Below, piece after piece: positions 32,465 to 43,645 of a stretch of DNA of 64,000 nucleotides. The stretch is from an uncultured Ruminococcus sp. Its GTDB lineage: Bacteria > Bacillota > Clostridia > Oscillospirales > Acutalibacteraceae. Within the stretch, counting starts at the first letter, position 1, and each line of letters opens with the position of its first letter. Where the stretch lies: NCBI GenBank assembly GCA_910585865.1, contig CAJUGO010000003.1:32924-96923 (forward strand), given 5' to 3'. The position numbers and the translations under genes were made by a program. Under the pieces are notes generated by a model that was not told the origin of the DNA, searched no databases, and was given only the letters and a program-made list of their open reading frames with translations.

Positions 32465-34351
32465 ATGGATAATGGAAAAATGGGTGAATATAGACTGCTT
32501 TCAAAAATTAAATCCCCACACGATGTTAAATGTATTGATGAAAAGGATATACCTGAGCTATGTACTGAAATCAGAGAAAAACTTGTTGAAACCGTTTCGG
32601 TAAACGGAGGACATCTTTCGCCTAATTTAGGTGTTGTTGAACTTACGGTTGCGCTTAACCGTATTTTCAGTTTTCCAAAGGACAGTATTGTTTGGGATGT
32701 CGGGCATCAGGCATATACTCATAAGCTTCTTACGGGAAGATTCAGTGATTTTGATACGCTTCGCCTTAGAGACGGCATCTCCGGATTTCCAAAGCGAAGT
32801 GAAAGTAAATATGATGATTTTAATACAGGACACAGCAGTACATCAATTTCAGCTGCATTCGGAATTGCAAATGCAAAGCAGCTGACCGGTGACCAAAGCT
32901 ATACAATTGCAGTGATAGGCGACGGTTCATTTACGGGCGGACTTGCCTATGAGGCAATGAATAATGCAGGAAGATTTAAAAAAAATTTTATTGTTATTTT
33001 AAATGACAATAAAATGTCAATTTCACCTAATGTCGGTGCCTTTCCTCGTTATCTTACAACAGTAAGAATCCAGCCGTGGTATATCCGTGTAAAGCGTGTT
33101 ACTGAAAAAGTTCTTTCAAGAATTCCTCTTTTTGGAAAGCCTGTAAAGTCATTCTTACAAAGAGGAAAATCAAGAATTAAAAATATAGTTTATAAGAATA
33201 CTCTTTTTGATTGTTTTGGATTTACTTATTTAGGTCCGATTGACGGTCATAATGTAGAGGAACTCGAAAATGCACTTAAGGCTGCTAAAAAGATAAATTC
33301 TCCTGTGATGCTGCATGTTGTTACAAAAAAGGGTAAGGGATATCAGCCAGCAGAGGAAAAACCCGGTGAGTTTCACGGAATAGGTCAATTTGATATAGAT
33401 TCAGGAGAACCTATTTCAAGTCATAAAGGCTTTTCAGCTGAATTTGGAAAAGCTATGTGTGAACTAGCGGAGAATGATAAAAAAATTTGTGCAATTACTG
33501 CTGCAATGTCACAGGGAACCGGATTAAGTGAATTTGCTAAGAAGTACAGAGACAGATTCTATGATGTAGGTATTGCAGAGGAACATGCCGTTACTTTTGG
33601 CTGTGGACTTGCTGCAAAGGGTATGAGACCTGTATTTGCGGTATATTCAACATTTTTGCAGAGAGCTTATGACCAGTTGATTCACGATGCAGCGTTGGGA
33701 AAGCTGCATCTTGTGCTTGGAGTAGACCGTGCAGGAATCGTAGGCAGTGACGGCGAAACACATCAGGGTGTATTTGATGTGTCTATTTTAAATACTATAC
33801 CGAATACAACCATATTTTCTCCGACATATTTTGACGGCATGAGAAAATCACTTGCAACTGCTGTTTATGTTTGTGACAGTCTTGCAGTTGTTCGTTATCC
33901 GCGCGGGGGAGAACTGTATAAACCCGAGGATTTTTATGATGAAAGTATTGTTTTTGATATTTACGGAAATGAATTATGTAAAAATCTGATTATTACCTAC
34001 GGACGATTATTTTCATATGCCTGCAGGGCTAAGGAAAAACTTGCGGAAATGGGCATTGATGTATGCATACTAAAGCTATGCAGAATAAAACCTGTTGATG
34101 AAAAAGCTGTTGAATTTGCATCATCATTTAAAAATGTATGGTTTTTTGAAGAAGGTATTAAAAACGGCGGCATTGCACGGAATTTTTCTGATTTGCTGTG
34201 CTGTACGGAGTTTAACGGGGATTATCATATTATGGCAATTGACGATAAATTTGTTAAACAAATGTCGGTGTCAGAAGCATTACATGAGCTAAAACTTGAT
34301 AATGATGGAATGGTAAAAACAATTTGTAAAGATTTAAAGGATAATATATGA
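32465..34351 (+). CDS. dxs: 1-deoxy-D-xylulose-5-phosphate synthase
   Basis: 'GGHLSPNLGVVELTVAL', ThDP motif 'GDGSFTGGLAYEAMNNAG...NDN' and 'GIAEEHAVTF'. The start is ambiguous in one frame (TTG 32456, ATG 32465, ATG 32480). Confidence 0.9.
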   Translation: MDNGKMGEYRLLSKIKSPHDVKCIDEKDIPELCTEIREKLVETVSVNGGHLSPNLGVVELTVALNRIFSFPKDSIVWDVGHQAYTHKLLTGRFSDFDTLRLRDGISGFPKRSESKYDDFNTGHSSTSISAAFGIANAKQLTGDQSYTIAVIGDGSFTGGLAYEAMNNAGRFKKNFIVILNDNKMSISPNVGAFPRYLTTVRIQPWYIRVKRVTEKVLSRIPLFGKPVKSFLQRGKSRIKNIVYKNTLFDCFGFTYLGPIDGHNVEELENALKAAKKINSPVMLHVVTKKGKGYQPAEEKPGEFHGIGQFDIDSGEPISSHKGFSAEFGKAMCELAENDKKICAITAAMSQGTGLSEFAKKYRDRFYDVGIAEEHAVTFGCGLAAKGMRPVFAVYSTFLQRAYDQLIHDAALGKLHLVLGVDRAGIVGSDGETHQGVFDVSILNTIPNTTIFSPTYFDGMRKSLATAVYVCDSLAVVRYPRGGELYKPEDFYDESIVFDIYGNELCKNLIITYGRLFSYACRAKEKLAEMGIDVCILKLCRIKPVDEKAVEFASSFKNVWFFEEGIKNGGIARNFSDLLCCTEFNGDYHIMAIDDKFVKQMSVSEALHELKLDNDGMVKTICKDLKDNI

Positions 34352-35151
34352 AAAAAAGACTTGATATACTTGTTTTTGAAAAAGGTTTTACAGACAGCCG
34401 TGAAAAGGCGAAAGCTGTAATTATGTCCGGACAGGTGTATGTAGATAATCAAAAAGCCGATAAATGCGGTATATCATATGATGAAAATGTTAAAATTGAA
34501 GTCAGAGGCAATATGCAGAAATATGTCAGCCGCGGAGGTTTAAAACTTGAAAAGGCAATACAAAACTTTGATTTGGACTTAAAAGATAAAACAGCTATGG
34601 ATATCGGAGCTTCCACAGGAGGCTTTACTGACTGTATGCTGCAAAACGGGGCAAAAAAGGTATATTCTATTGATGTAGGTTACGGTCAACTGGCATGGAA
34701 ACTTAGAAATGATGAACGAGTTGTAAATTTAGAGCGAACCAATATGCGTAAGGTCACTAATGAGCAAGTCCCTGATGAGATAGACTTTTTTTCAGTGGAT
34801 GTTTCATTTATTTCGCTAAAGCTGATTCTTCCGACAGCACGCAGACTTATGGCTGAAAATGCTCAGGCCGTCTGCCTTATTAAACCGCAGTTTGAAGCAG
34901 GCAGAGGAAAAGTCGGAAAAAAAGGTGTTGTACGTGACCCGTCAGTACATATTGAAGTCGTTGAAAATATTTATAATTTTTGCCTTGAAAACGGTTTTGA
35001 TATACTTAACCTTGATTTTTCACCTATTAAAGGACCTGAAGGTAATATTGAATATCTTATTCATTTGCAAAAAAGCGAGAATCCCCAAATATATACTTCC
35101 GTGACCCCGACAGAGCTTGTTGAAAAATCCCATATGACTTTGGATAAATAA
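34348..35151 (+). CDS. tlyA: TlyA family rRNA (cytidine-2'-O)-methyltransferase (YqxC-like)
   Basis: N-terminal S4 'RLDILVFEKGFTDSREKAKAVI' and SAM motif 'MDIGASTGGFTDCMLQNGA'. Confidence 0.85.
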   Translation: MKKRLDILVFEKGFTDSREKAKAVIMSGQVYVDNQKADKCGISYDENVKIEVRGNMQKYVSRGGLKLEKAIQNFDLDLKDKTAMDIGASTGGFTDCMLQNGAKKVYSIDVGYGQLAWKLRNDERVVNLERTNMRKVTNEQVPDEIDFFSVDVSFISLKLILPTARRLMAENAQAVCLIKPQFEAGRGKVGKKGVVRDPSVHIEVVENIYNFCLENGFDILNLDFSPIKGPEGNIEYLIHLQKSENPQIYTSVTPTELVEKSHMTLDK

Positions 35152-35160
35152 GGTGATTTA

Positions 35161-36018
35161 ATGAAAACTGCAATTTTGGTAAATCTTACAAAGGAACCTG
35201 CAATATCATGCGCTAAAAAGGTTGCAATTCTTTTGCTGGACAAAAATGCGGAAATATGTATGCTTTCAGAATGTATGTCATTTTTTAAGGGAATACACAT
35301 AACATATTACGACAAAATAGATGAAATATTTAAAAATTGTGATATAGCTGTTACTGTTGGCGGCGACGGCACAATAATTCATGCGGCAAAGTATGCCGCA
35401 AATGCGGAAAAACCGCTTATTGGTGTAAATGTAGGCAGACTTGGTTTTGCTGCTGATGTTGAACCTGATGAAATTGACAGCCTTGGGCGTCTTGTGAGTG
35501 GCGATTACACAACGCAAGAAAGAATATTGCTCGATGTTGAAGTTATAAAAAACAATGAATCGCGACACTACCTGGCTGTAAATGATGCAGTAATTGCCAG
35601 GGGTCAGCTTTCAAAAATTATCGATTTACATCTTTCACTTGATGGAGAGGAAATCTCAAAATATCGTGCTGACGGACTGCTGTTTTCAACTCCTACCGGT
35701 TCCACCGCGTACTCGTTGTCAGCAGGAGGGCCTATTCTTTCACCGCAAATGGAGTGTATTCTTCTCACACCTGTATGCCCACATTCGCTTTTTTCACGCT
35801 CTGTACTTTTTGACGGAAAATCTGAACTTTCGGTATCTGTAAAAATTCCTTCGGAATGCTGCTGCGTACTTACTGTAGACGGTGAAGAAAATGTTGATAT
35901 TTTGGCCGATGATAGAGTAATTATAAAAAAATCTGATTTAAAGCTTCAGCTTATCTCATTGCATAATCGCAACTTTTACAAGCTGTTAAACGAAAAACTG
36001 AAAGAGAGGGAAATATAG
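35161..36018 (+). CDS. nadK: NAD kinase
   Basis: '[14 protein letters not shown]' and '[23 protein letters not shown]'. Confidence 0.9.
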   Translation: MKTAILVNLTKEPAISCAKKVAILLLDKNAEICMLSECMSFFKGIHITYYDKIDEIFKNCDIAVTVGGDGTIIHAAKYAANAEKPLIGVNVGRLGFAADVEPDEIDSLGRLVSGDYTTQERILLDVEVIKNNESRHYLAVNDAVIARGQLSKIIDLHLSLDGEEISKYRADGLLFSTPTGSTAYSLSAGGPILSPQMECILLTPVCPHSLFSRSVLFDGKSELSVSVKIPSECCCVLTVDGEENVDILADDRVIIKKSDLKLQLISLHNRNFYKLLNEKLKEREI

Positions 36019-36464
36019 TGAAAACAAGAAGACATTCAAGAATACTTGATATTATAACTGAATTTCCCATAGAAACACAGGATGAGCTTCTTTCAAGGCT
36101 TAAAGAAGAAGGATTTAAAGCTACACAGGCGACTATTTCGCGTGATATAAAAGATTTGCGGCTTGTAAAAACCCTTGGAGGCGATGGGAAATACCGATAT
36201 GTTTCTGCATCAAAAGATTCTACAGATATTCGCTCGAATTTTTCAGCTCTCTTTAGCACTTCTGTAAATTCAATTGATTATGCTCAGAATTTTGTTGTTA
36301 TAAAAACTCTCAGCGGAATGGCTCAGGCTGTTTGCGCGGCACTTGATTCAATCGGTTATCAGGAAGTTTTAGGCACAATTGCAGGAGATGATACTATTTT
36401 TATCGTTTGTCGCTGTGCAGAACTTGCCGTGAATCTTACAGATGAACTTAAAAAGTTAATTTGA
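36018..36464 (+). CDS. argR: Arginine repressor
   Basis: GTG start overlapping the nadK stop by 1 nt. wHTH 'TQDELLSRLKEEGFKATQATISRDIKDLRLVK'. C-terminal 'GTIAGDDTIFIV'. Confidence 0.9.
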   Translation: MKTRRHSRILDIITEFPIETQDELLSRLKEEGFKATQATISRDIKDLRLVKTLGGDGKYRYVSASKDSTDIRSNFSALFSTSVNSIDYAQNFVVIKTLSGMAQAVCAALDSIGYQEVLGTIAGDDTIFIVCRCAELAVNLTDELKKLI

Positions 36465-36482
36465 CGGGACTGATATGGAAAT

Positions 36483-38150
36483 ATGCTGAAAACTCTTTAT
36501 ATTGAAAATATTGCAGTAATTGAGAAAACTTCTATAAATTTTAATAGCGGTCTTAACGTTCTTACCGGTGAAACCGGAGCAGGAAAAAGTATTATAATTG
36601 ATGCGATTAATGCAATTATGGGACAACGCACTTCAAAGGACATTATACGCACTGGTGCAAGCAATGCATTTGTGAGTGCGGAATTTACAGATATCAATGA
36701 TGCTGCTTTAGAAAAATTGGATGAACTTGGTTTTAAGTGTGACGATGAAACTCTTATCCTGCAAAGAACGCTGAATCTCAGTGGAAAAAGCAGCTGTAAA
36801 GTTAACGGCAGACCTGCAACGGTTTCTATGCTCAGGGAGATTTCGTATAATTTGATAAATATTCACGGTCAGCATGAAAGTTACGAACTCTTTTCACCTG
36901 AATCGCATATTAATTATATTGACAATTTTGGGTGTTGTAAACAACTTCTCAATGAATATAAAACAGAATATAATCAATACAAAATACTAAACAAAAAGTT
37001 GCATGAAGCTAATGCGGATGAAAGTGAACGGCTTAAAGAAATTGATTTATTATCATATCAGTCAAATGAGTTATTTGAAGCAGATGTACAGATAGGAGAG
37101 GAAGAAAGACTCGAGTCTGAAAGAAAGGCTCTTATGAGCTTTGAAAAGATTTTTTCGCTTCTTAATCATGCAAAAATGATGCTTGACGGTGACGGCAGTA
37201 CAGATGGCGGAATTGAGGCTGTAGATTCAGCCGCTGCTGCTGTTCAGAAAGCTGCCTCTTATAATGAGGAATATGAAAACATTTCAAATGTACTATCAGA
37301 TACTTATTATAACCTTAAGGACTGTGCAGAAAATATATCAGATGCCATAGATTTTCTTGAAAGTGATCCGCAGAGGCTTGCTGAAATTGAGGAAAGGCTT
37401 GATTTGCTCAACAGATTATCACGCAAGTATAACTGTTCTTGTGACGATTTGCCGAGCCTTGCTGAAACATATCAGGCACGCCTTGATGAGCTTATGAATT
37501 ATGACAGAAATCGTGATGAACTTATTAAAGCTTATGAGTCTGCAAAGGAAAAAGCTTTTGCAGCGGCACAAAAACTTAGCAATATGCGCAAACAAACTGC
37601 ACAGGATTTTGCTTTAAGAGTAAAGTCAGAGATGTCATTTTTAAATATGCCTAATGTTGAACTGGTACCGTCTTTTGAGACAGTTGATTTCACATCAAAA
37701 GGTATCGACAAAGTAGAATTATTGATTTCGGCAAATCCGGGTGAGATTCCGCGTCCGGTATCAAAAATTGCCTCCGGAGGTGAGCTGTCAAGAATGATGC
37801 TTGCTATCAAGACCGTACTTGCAAATTCGGACAGCGTGGATACCCTTATTTTTGATGAAGTTGACACAGGTATTTCGGGTTCAGCAGCAGAAAAGGTTGG
37901 ACTAAAGCTTAAGGCAGTATCAAAATGCAGTCAGGTTCTTTGTGTTACTCATCAGGCACAGATTGCTGCACTGGCAGATTATCATTTTCTTATCTGTAAG
38001 CAGTTTGAGCAGGGAAGAACTTTTACAAATATAAATGAGCTTGATCACAGCGGACGTGTAAATGAGCTTGCACGCATAATTGGCGGGGTAAATGTATCGG
38101 AAGCAGCGCTTTTACATGCTGAATCAATGCTCAGCGAATATAATAATTAG
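36483..38150 (+). CDS. recN: DNA repair protein RecN
   Basis: Walker A 'GETGAGKSIIIDAI', a long coiled coil, signature 'ASGGELSRMMLAIK', Walker B 'LIFDEVDTGISG'. Confidence 0.95.
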   Translation: MLKTLYIENIAVIEKTSINFNSGLNVLTGETGAGKSIIIDAINAIMGQRTSKDIIRTGASNAFVSAEFTDINDAALEKLDELGFKCDDETLILQRTLNLSGKSSCKVNGRPATVSMLREISYNLINIHGQHESYELFSPESHINYIDNFGCCKQLLNEYKTEYNQYKILNKKLHEANADESERLKEIDLLSYQSNELFEADVQIGEEERLESERKALMSFEKIFSLLNHAKMMLDGDGSTDGGIEAVDSAAAAVQKAASYNEEYENISNVLSDTYYNLKDCAENISDAIDFLESDPQRLAEIEERLDLLNRLSRKYNCSCDDLPSLAETYQARLDELMNYDRNRDELIKAYESAKEKAFAAAQKLSNMRKQTAQDFALRVKSEMSFLNMPNVELVPSFETVDFTSKGIDKVELLISANPGEIPRPVSKIASGGELSRMMLAIKTVLANSDSVDTLIFDEVDTGISGSAAEKVGLKLKAVSKCSQVLCVTHQAQIAALADYHFLICKQFEQGRTFTNINELDHSGRVNELARIIGGVNVSEAALLHAESMLSEYNN

Positions 38151-38220
38151 ACAATTAATAAGTATAAAGGATTTTAAGGATGTTTTTATTGAATATTAAT
38201 ATAAGAAAGGATGCGGCATT

Positions 38221-40266
38221 TTGAAGTTGTGGTCAGTTGCTTCGCTTGATAAGCAAAAGGCGAAAGAAATTCAAACTAAATATGAACTGCCTGCAATAAT
38301 AGCAATGCTGTTTCAAATACGAAATATTACATCTCAACAGGAAATAGAAGATTTTTTATTTAATGAATCAGATATAGCTGATCCGTTTGAAATAAAGGAT
38401 ATGGACAAGGCTGTTGAACGCATTAAGCATGCGATTGACAGTTTTGAATTGATTTGTGTATATGGTGATTACGATGCTGACGGTGTAACATCTACTGCTC
38501 TTTTGTATTCTTATCTTGAGACAACTGGTGCAAATGCAATGTATTACATACCGTCTCGCGAAAAAGAGGGATACGGCATGAATATAAATGCCGTTGATGA
38601 GCTTAGTCAAAAAGGGGTAAGGCTTATAATAACTGTTGATAACGGTATTGCTGCAATAAATGAAATTGCTTATGCTAACTCTCTTGGCATTGATACTGTA
38701 GTAACTGATCATCATATGCCTGTAGGAGATTTACCAAATGCCTGTGCCGTAGTAGATTTGCATCAATCAGAATGTAATAGTAAATTCAAAAAACTTTCCG
38801 GAGTGGGCGTTGCTTTTAAGGTTATAATGGCTTTAGAGGGTGAATACTGCGATGTGAATGCTCTTCTTGACAATTATTCGGATTTGCTTTGTATAGGTAC
38901 AATTGGTGATATAGTAGAGCTTAGAGATGAAAACCGAGTTTTTGTAAAAAGAGGCCTTGAAAGTATCATGAATACTGACAGACCTGGACTTAATGCTCTT
39001 GTTGAAAACTCGGGACTGTCAGGAAAAAGACTAACGGCAGGAAACGTATCTTTCACAATTGTTCCTCGAATAAACGCTGTTGGAAGGCTTGGTGCATCTC
39101 TAAAATCTGTAAATCTTCTTCTTACGGAAGATTATGATGAAGCAGAGGAGATTTCAGCACTTTTGTGTGATGAAAATGCAGAAAGACAGCAGATAGAAAA
39201 AGATATACTTTCAAAAATTGATATACAGATAAAGAAAAATCCCTCTATTGTTCTTGACAAAATAATTGTAATTGACGGAGAAAACTGGCATCAGGGAGTA
39301 ATTGGAATTGTGGCTTCACGCATAAAGGAGATTTACGGTAAGCCGGTTATCATTATTTCCCGCTTGGGCGATAATGCAAAGGCATCCGGAAGGAGTGTGG
39401 AGGGATTTCCGCTCTGTGACGCCGTTTTTGACTGCTCAGATTTACTTACTCATTACGGCGGTCATCCAATGGCTGTGGGTTTAGCATTAAGCAGTGAAAA
39501 AATACCGTTATTTCGTAAAAGGATAAATGAATTTGCCGATCGTTTTGGAGTTATGCCTTTTGACAAACTAAATATTGACTGCAAACTTAATCCTGCGTGC
39601 CTTAGTATAGACTTAGTCAATTCACTTTCACGCCTGCAGCCCTATGGAGCAGGAAACCCTACCCCGATTTTCGGACTGTTCAAAATGACTCTAAAAAACA
39701 TTGTTTCGTTATCAAACAATAAGCACTTAAAATTAGTGTTCATGCGCGGAGATACAAAAGTGGATGCAATGAAATTTTTCACATCAACCGAAGAGTTTCC
39801 GTATAAATCAGGTGATGTACTTGATCTGGCTGTGACGCTTGACACCAATGAGTATAACGGAAATATTAGTGTTTCAGTAATAATTAAGGATATCAAGCCA
39901 TCAGCAACTGATACTCAGATATGTCTTGAAAGTCTTAGAAATTTTGAGGATTTTTGCAAAGGTAAGATTATTACTAAACAACAGGCTGCTGATTTGATAC
40001 CCGACCGGAATGATTTTGCATTGCTTTACAGATATTTAAAAAGCCATGACGGGTATTTATATCAAATATATACTTTAATACATAATCTTGACAATAAACT
40101 GTCTTTTGGTAAAATTAAAGTTATCCTTGAAGCAATGAATGAGCTTGGATTAATAGAAATTCAGGAAGGACTAAAAGATTGCAGTATTAAAGTATTGAAT
40201 GTACAAAACAAGGTTTCAATTGATTCAGCAGAAATTATTAAGCAACTCAAGAAGGTGATGCTATGA
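38221..40266 (+). CDS. recJ: Single-stranded-DNA-specific exonuclease RecJ
   Basis: TTG start. DHH motifs 'VYGDYDADGVTS', 'ITVDNGI' and 'VVTDHH'. DHHA1 'GGHPMAVG'. Confidence 0.9.
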   Translation: MKLWSVASLDKQKAKEIQTKYELPAIIAMLFQIRNITSQQEIEDFLFNESDIADPFEIKDMDKAVERIKHAIDSFELICVYGDYDADGVTSTALLYSYLETTGANAMYYIPSREKEGYGMNINAVDELSQKGVRLIITVDNGIAAINEIAYANSLGIDTVVTDHHMPVGDLPNACAVVDLHQSECNSKFKKLSGVGVAFKVIMALEGEYCDVNALLDNYSDLLCIGTIGDIVELRDENRVFVKRGLESIMNTDRPGLNALVENSGLSGKRLTAGNVSFTIVPRINAVGRLGASLKSVNLLLTEDYDEAEEISALLCDENAERQQIEKDILSKIDIQIKKNPSIVLDKIIVIDGENWHQGVIGIVASRIKEIYGKPVIIISRLGDNAKASGRSVEGFPLCDAVFDCSDLLTHYGGHPMAVGLALSSEKIPLFRKRINEFADRFGVMPFDKLNIDCKLNPACLSIDLVNSLSRLQPYGAGNPTPIFGLFKMTLKNIVSLSNNKHLKLVFMRGDTKVDAMKFFTSTEEFPYKSGDVLDLAVTLDTNEYNGNISVSVIIKDIKPSATDTQICLESLRNFEDFCKGKIITKQQAADLIPDRNDFALLYRYLKSHDGYLYQIYTLIHNLDNKLSFGKIKVILEAMNELGLIEIQEGLKDCSIKVLNVQNKVSIDSAEIIKQLKKVML

Positions 40267-42458
40267 GCAAATATTCAAATGTAGCACATTATCAGGATTT
40301 TTCAGAACTCAAAAAGATACTTTCGTCTTCTGCAAATCCTTATGATATGGAGAAAATAACAAAAGCATATAAATATGCAGAGAAGTTTCACGGTGACCAG
40401 CGCAGAGTATCGGGAATACCATATATTCTGCATCCGACGTCAGTTGCATGCATTGTCGCTGAACTTGGTATGGATACTGATTCAGTATGCGGAGCATTAT
40501 TGCACGATGTTGTAGAGGATACAGAGGTTTCGCTTGAGGATATTGCGAAAGGCTTTGGCGCAGATGTTTCAAAGCTGATTGACGGTGTAACGAAAATTTC
40601 TAAGATTCCGTATTCTTCCCGTGAGCAGCAGCAAGCTGAAAATATAAGAAAAATGTTGATTGCAATGGCTGATGATATTCGTGTAATAATTATTAAGCTT
40701 GCCGACAGACTTCACAATATGCGCACAATGGATTGTATGCCCGAACAAAAACGCAGAGATAAATCAGTCGAGAATATGCAGGTTTTTGCTCCGATTGCAC
40801 ATCGTCTTGGTATTAAAACTGTAAAGGATGAACTTGAAGACCGATCATTGCAGTATTTGGATCCTGTCGGATATAAAGAAATTGAAGATACTCTTATACT
40901 TACTGAAGACGGAAGGGATAAGTTTATTGATTCAATAAAAACGCAGATTATTGAAAAAACCGAGGAAACTATACCTAATGTATACATCAGCGGACGTGTG
41001 AAAAGTATTAACAGCATTTATAGAAAAACATTTATGCAGGGCAGAACAGTTGACCAGATATTCGATGTTTTTGCCGTGCGTGTAATTGTAGATTCGTTGC
41101 CGGACTGTTATAATGTTTTGGGTGTCGTTCATGATATCTTTAAGCCTATTCCGAACAGATTTAAAGATTATATTTCCATGCCAAAACCTAACATGTACCA
41201 GTCTTTGCACACAACAGTGCTTGATAAAAATGCAATTCCGTTTGAAGTACAAATACGCACATGGGAAATGCATTATACTGCTGAATACGGTATTGCGGCA
41301 CATTGGAAGTACAAATTGGGAATGGGTTCAGGCGAAAATGGCGGTGATAAGCTGAATGAAAACATTCAAAAGGTTAAGAATATGATTCTTGATCAGCTTG
41401 AGACTGAGGATGTTACTGATATTGCAAAAAATATCAGGAATGATTTTACTGAAAATGATGTTTATGTTTTCAGTCCTAAGGGCGATGTTTTTAATTTGCC
41501 TCATGATTCAACTCCAATTGATATGGCTTATCTTATTCATACACAAGTGGGTCACAGAATGGTCGGCGCTAAAATCAACGGAAAAATAGTTTCAATTGAT
41601 TATAAATTAAAGACCGGAGATATCTGTGAAATTATTACCCAAAAGGAAGAGCATCCCAATAAGTCATGGATTGATATTTGCAAAACTGCATCAGCAAAAT
41701 CAAAAATACGTCAGTGGTACAAGCATGAAAAACGTGATGAAAATATTGTTGAAGGAAAGCAGCTGCTTGAGAAGGAATTTAAAAGGCATGGAATAAGTCT
41801 TACAGAAGATGAATACTTTGATTTCTTTCAAAAATTAATGATGAAAAAGCAGTACAATACAATTGAAGATTTTTATGCTGCAATAGGATACGGGGGCATT
41901 CAGCTTTGGAAGATTATGCCGAGGCTTAAAGAAGAGTATCAAAAAGCTTTTGCATCAGATATTGAGGATTTAAATGTTCCCCAGGCACCGGTAAAGCGCC
42001 GCAAGGCAACAGCAGGTGTTATAATTGAGGGTACAGACGATGTACTTGTTAAGTTTTCAAAATGCTGTAATCCACTGCCCGGTGATGATATTATCGGTTA
42101 TATTACAAGGGGATACGGTGTTTCTATTCATAACCGCAACTGTACAAATGTTCCTAAAGATTTAAGCAGCTCTGAAGAACCTGAGCGGTGGATAAGCTGT
42201 TATTGGGAGGATGAAATCGGAGAGGCATTCCGCAGTACTCTCCAGATTACGGCTGCTGACAGAGCAGGATTGCTTGCAGACGTAACAAATAAGCTTTTTA
42301 ATATGCATATATTTATACATTCGCTCAATTCAAGGGAAATCGGAGACGGAAGGGCTGTTGTTACAGCGACAATTGATGTTATGGGCAGAAATCATCTTAG
42401 AGGAGTAATATCTAAATTGTCTGATATAAACGGTACAGAAGAAGTAAAAAGAATATAG
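40263..42458 (+). CDS. relA: Bifunctional (p)ppGpp synthetase/hydrolase (Rel/RelA-SpoT homologue)
   Basis: HD hydrolase 'HPTSVACIV...LLHDVVEDT'. Synthetase 'DYISMPKPNMYQSLHTTV'. TGS 'VFSPKGDVFNLPHDSTPIDMAY'. C-terminal ACT. Confidence 0.95.
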   Translation: MSKYSNVAHYQDFSELKKILSSSANPYDMEKITKAYKYAEKFHGDQRRVSGIPYILHPTSVACIVAELGMDTDSVCGALLHDVVEDTEVSLEDIAKGFGADVSKLIDGVTKISKIPYSSREQQQAENIRKMLIAMADDIRVIIIKLADRLHNMRTMDCMPEQKRRDKSVENMQVFAPIAHRLGIKTVKDELEDRSLQYLDPVGYKEIEDTLILTEDGRDKFIDSIKTQIIEKTEETIPNVYISGRVKSINSIYRKTFMQGRTVDQIFDVFAVRVIVDSLPDCYNVLGVVHDIFKPIPNRFKDYISMPKPNMYQSLHTTVLDKNAIPFEVQIRTWEMHYTAEYGIAAHWKYKLGMGSGENGGDKLNENIQKVKNMILDQLETEDVTDIAKNIRNDFTENDVYVFSPKGDVFNLPHDSTPIDMAYLIHTQVGHRMVGAKINGKIVSIDYKLKTGDICEIITQKEEHPNKSWIDICKTASAKSKIRQWYKHEKRDENIVEGKQLLEKEFKRHGISLTEDEYFDFFQKLMMKKQYNTIEDFYAAIGYGGIQLWKIMPRLKEEYQKAFASDIEDLNVPQAPVKRRKATAGVIIEGTDDVLVKFSKCCNPLPGDDIIGYITRGYGVSIHNRNCTNVPKDLSSSEEPERWISCYWEDEIGEAFRSTLQITAADRAGLLADVTNKLFNMHIFIHSLNSREIGDGRAVVTATIDVMGRNHLRGVISKLSDINGTEEVKRI

Positions 42459-42565
42459 TGTAAAAATTTATATTTTTGTGACAATTATGTTCCTTGTTTG
42501 TTTTCGGTTAAGGCTGAAATTTATATATTTTACTATTTTCACAGGCAGAAAGGTTTGGAAATCAA

Positions 42566-43021
42566 ATGAAAGCAATTTTACAGCGTGTGTCTAAAGCGTG
42601 TGTTGAAGTAGATAAAAAAATTAAAGGTGAAATCGAAAAAGGTTTTTTGGTTTTGCTTGGTGTTGAAAACGGTGATAGCGAAAAGGATGCCGAAGTACTT
42701 GTAAATAAAATTTCGGGATTAAGAGTTTTTACGGATGAAAATGATAAGATGAACTTATCGCTTGCAGATGTAAACGGAGCAGTGCTTGTCATATCAAATT
42801 TTACATTGTGTGCAGACTGTTCTCATGGAAGACGTCCTAATTTTTTAGCGGCAGCCCGTCCTGAAACTGCAGAACCTTTATATGAATTTTTTTGCAGAAA
42901 AATGCTCGACAGCGGCATTGTTAAAGTTGAAAAAGGCGTTTTTGGTGCAGACATGCAGGTATCGCTTGTAAATGACGGTCCTGTGACTATTGAAATAAAT
43001 TCAAAGGATTTGAAGAAATGA
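42566..43021 (+). CDS. dtd: D-aminoacyl-tRNA deacylase
   Basis: 'MKAILQRVSKACVEV', 'GFLVLLGV', 'SNFTL' and 'NDGPVTI'. Confidence 0.95.
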   Translation: MKAILQRVSKACVEVDKKIKGEIEKGFLVLLGVENGDSEKDAEVLVNKISGLRVFTDENDKMNLSLADVNGAVLVISNFTLCADCSHGRRPNFLAAARPETAEPLYEFFCRKMLDSGIVKVEKGVFGADMQVSLVNDGPVTIEINSKDLKK

Positions 43022-43644
43022 TAAATATTAAAATTTTCAATGTTACTGCTCTTATGACAAATTGTATATATCTAACTGATGAAGAGACCGGGAAGACGGC
43101 TGTTGTTGATCCAGGAGACAAGTCAGATGATCTTAACAAACAAATTGACAGAGACGGCGGAAAACTTGAATATGTAATACTAACTCACGGACATTATGAT
43201 CATATAGGTTACGCGAAACAACTGGCGGACCAATACGGCGCCAAAATTGTTACAGGTTTTAATAATAATGAGTTTTTAAGCAAGCCTGAGTATAATCTGA
43301 GTTTTTGTCATGATATTGATATAAAGCCTTTTGCGGCAGATATATTGCTTAATGACGGTGATTCTTTCAGTCTGGGCAATACGAAAATTAAATATATAAC
43401 TACTCCCGGACATACTATAGGATGTGGTTCGTATATTTTTGATGATACCATTATTACCGGTGATACTCTTTTTTGTGAATCTTATGGCAGAACTGATTTG
43501 CCTACAGGAAACAGTGATGAAATGGTAAAATCTATTAATAAACTGAAAAATATAAGCGGGAACTACCGTATCATTCCGGGACATGGCGAACTTTCAACGC
43601 TTGATCATGAAAGAAAATATAATCCGATAATGAGAAGTTTGTAA
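43018..43644 (+). CDS. MBL-fold metallo-hydrolase (glyoxalase II-like)
   Basis: 'VILTHGHYDHIGYA', 'TPGHTIG' and 'GDTLF...GRTD'. Confidence 0.8.
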   Translation: MINIKIFNVTALMTNCIYLTDEETGKTAVVDPGDKSDDLNKQIDRDGGKLEYVILTHGHYDHIGYAKQLADQYGAKIVTGFNNNEFLSKPEYNLSFCHDIDIKPFAADILLNDGDSFSLGNTKIKYITTPGHTIGCGSYIFDDTIITGDTLFCESYGRTDLPTGNSDEMVKSINKLKNISGNYRIIPGHGELSTLDHERKYNPIMRSL

Positions 43645-43645
43645 T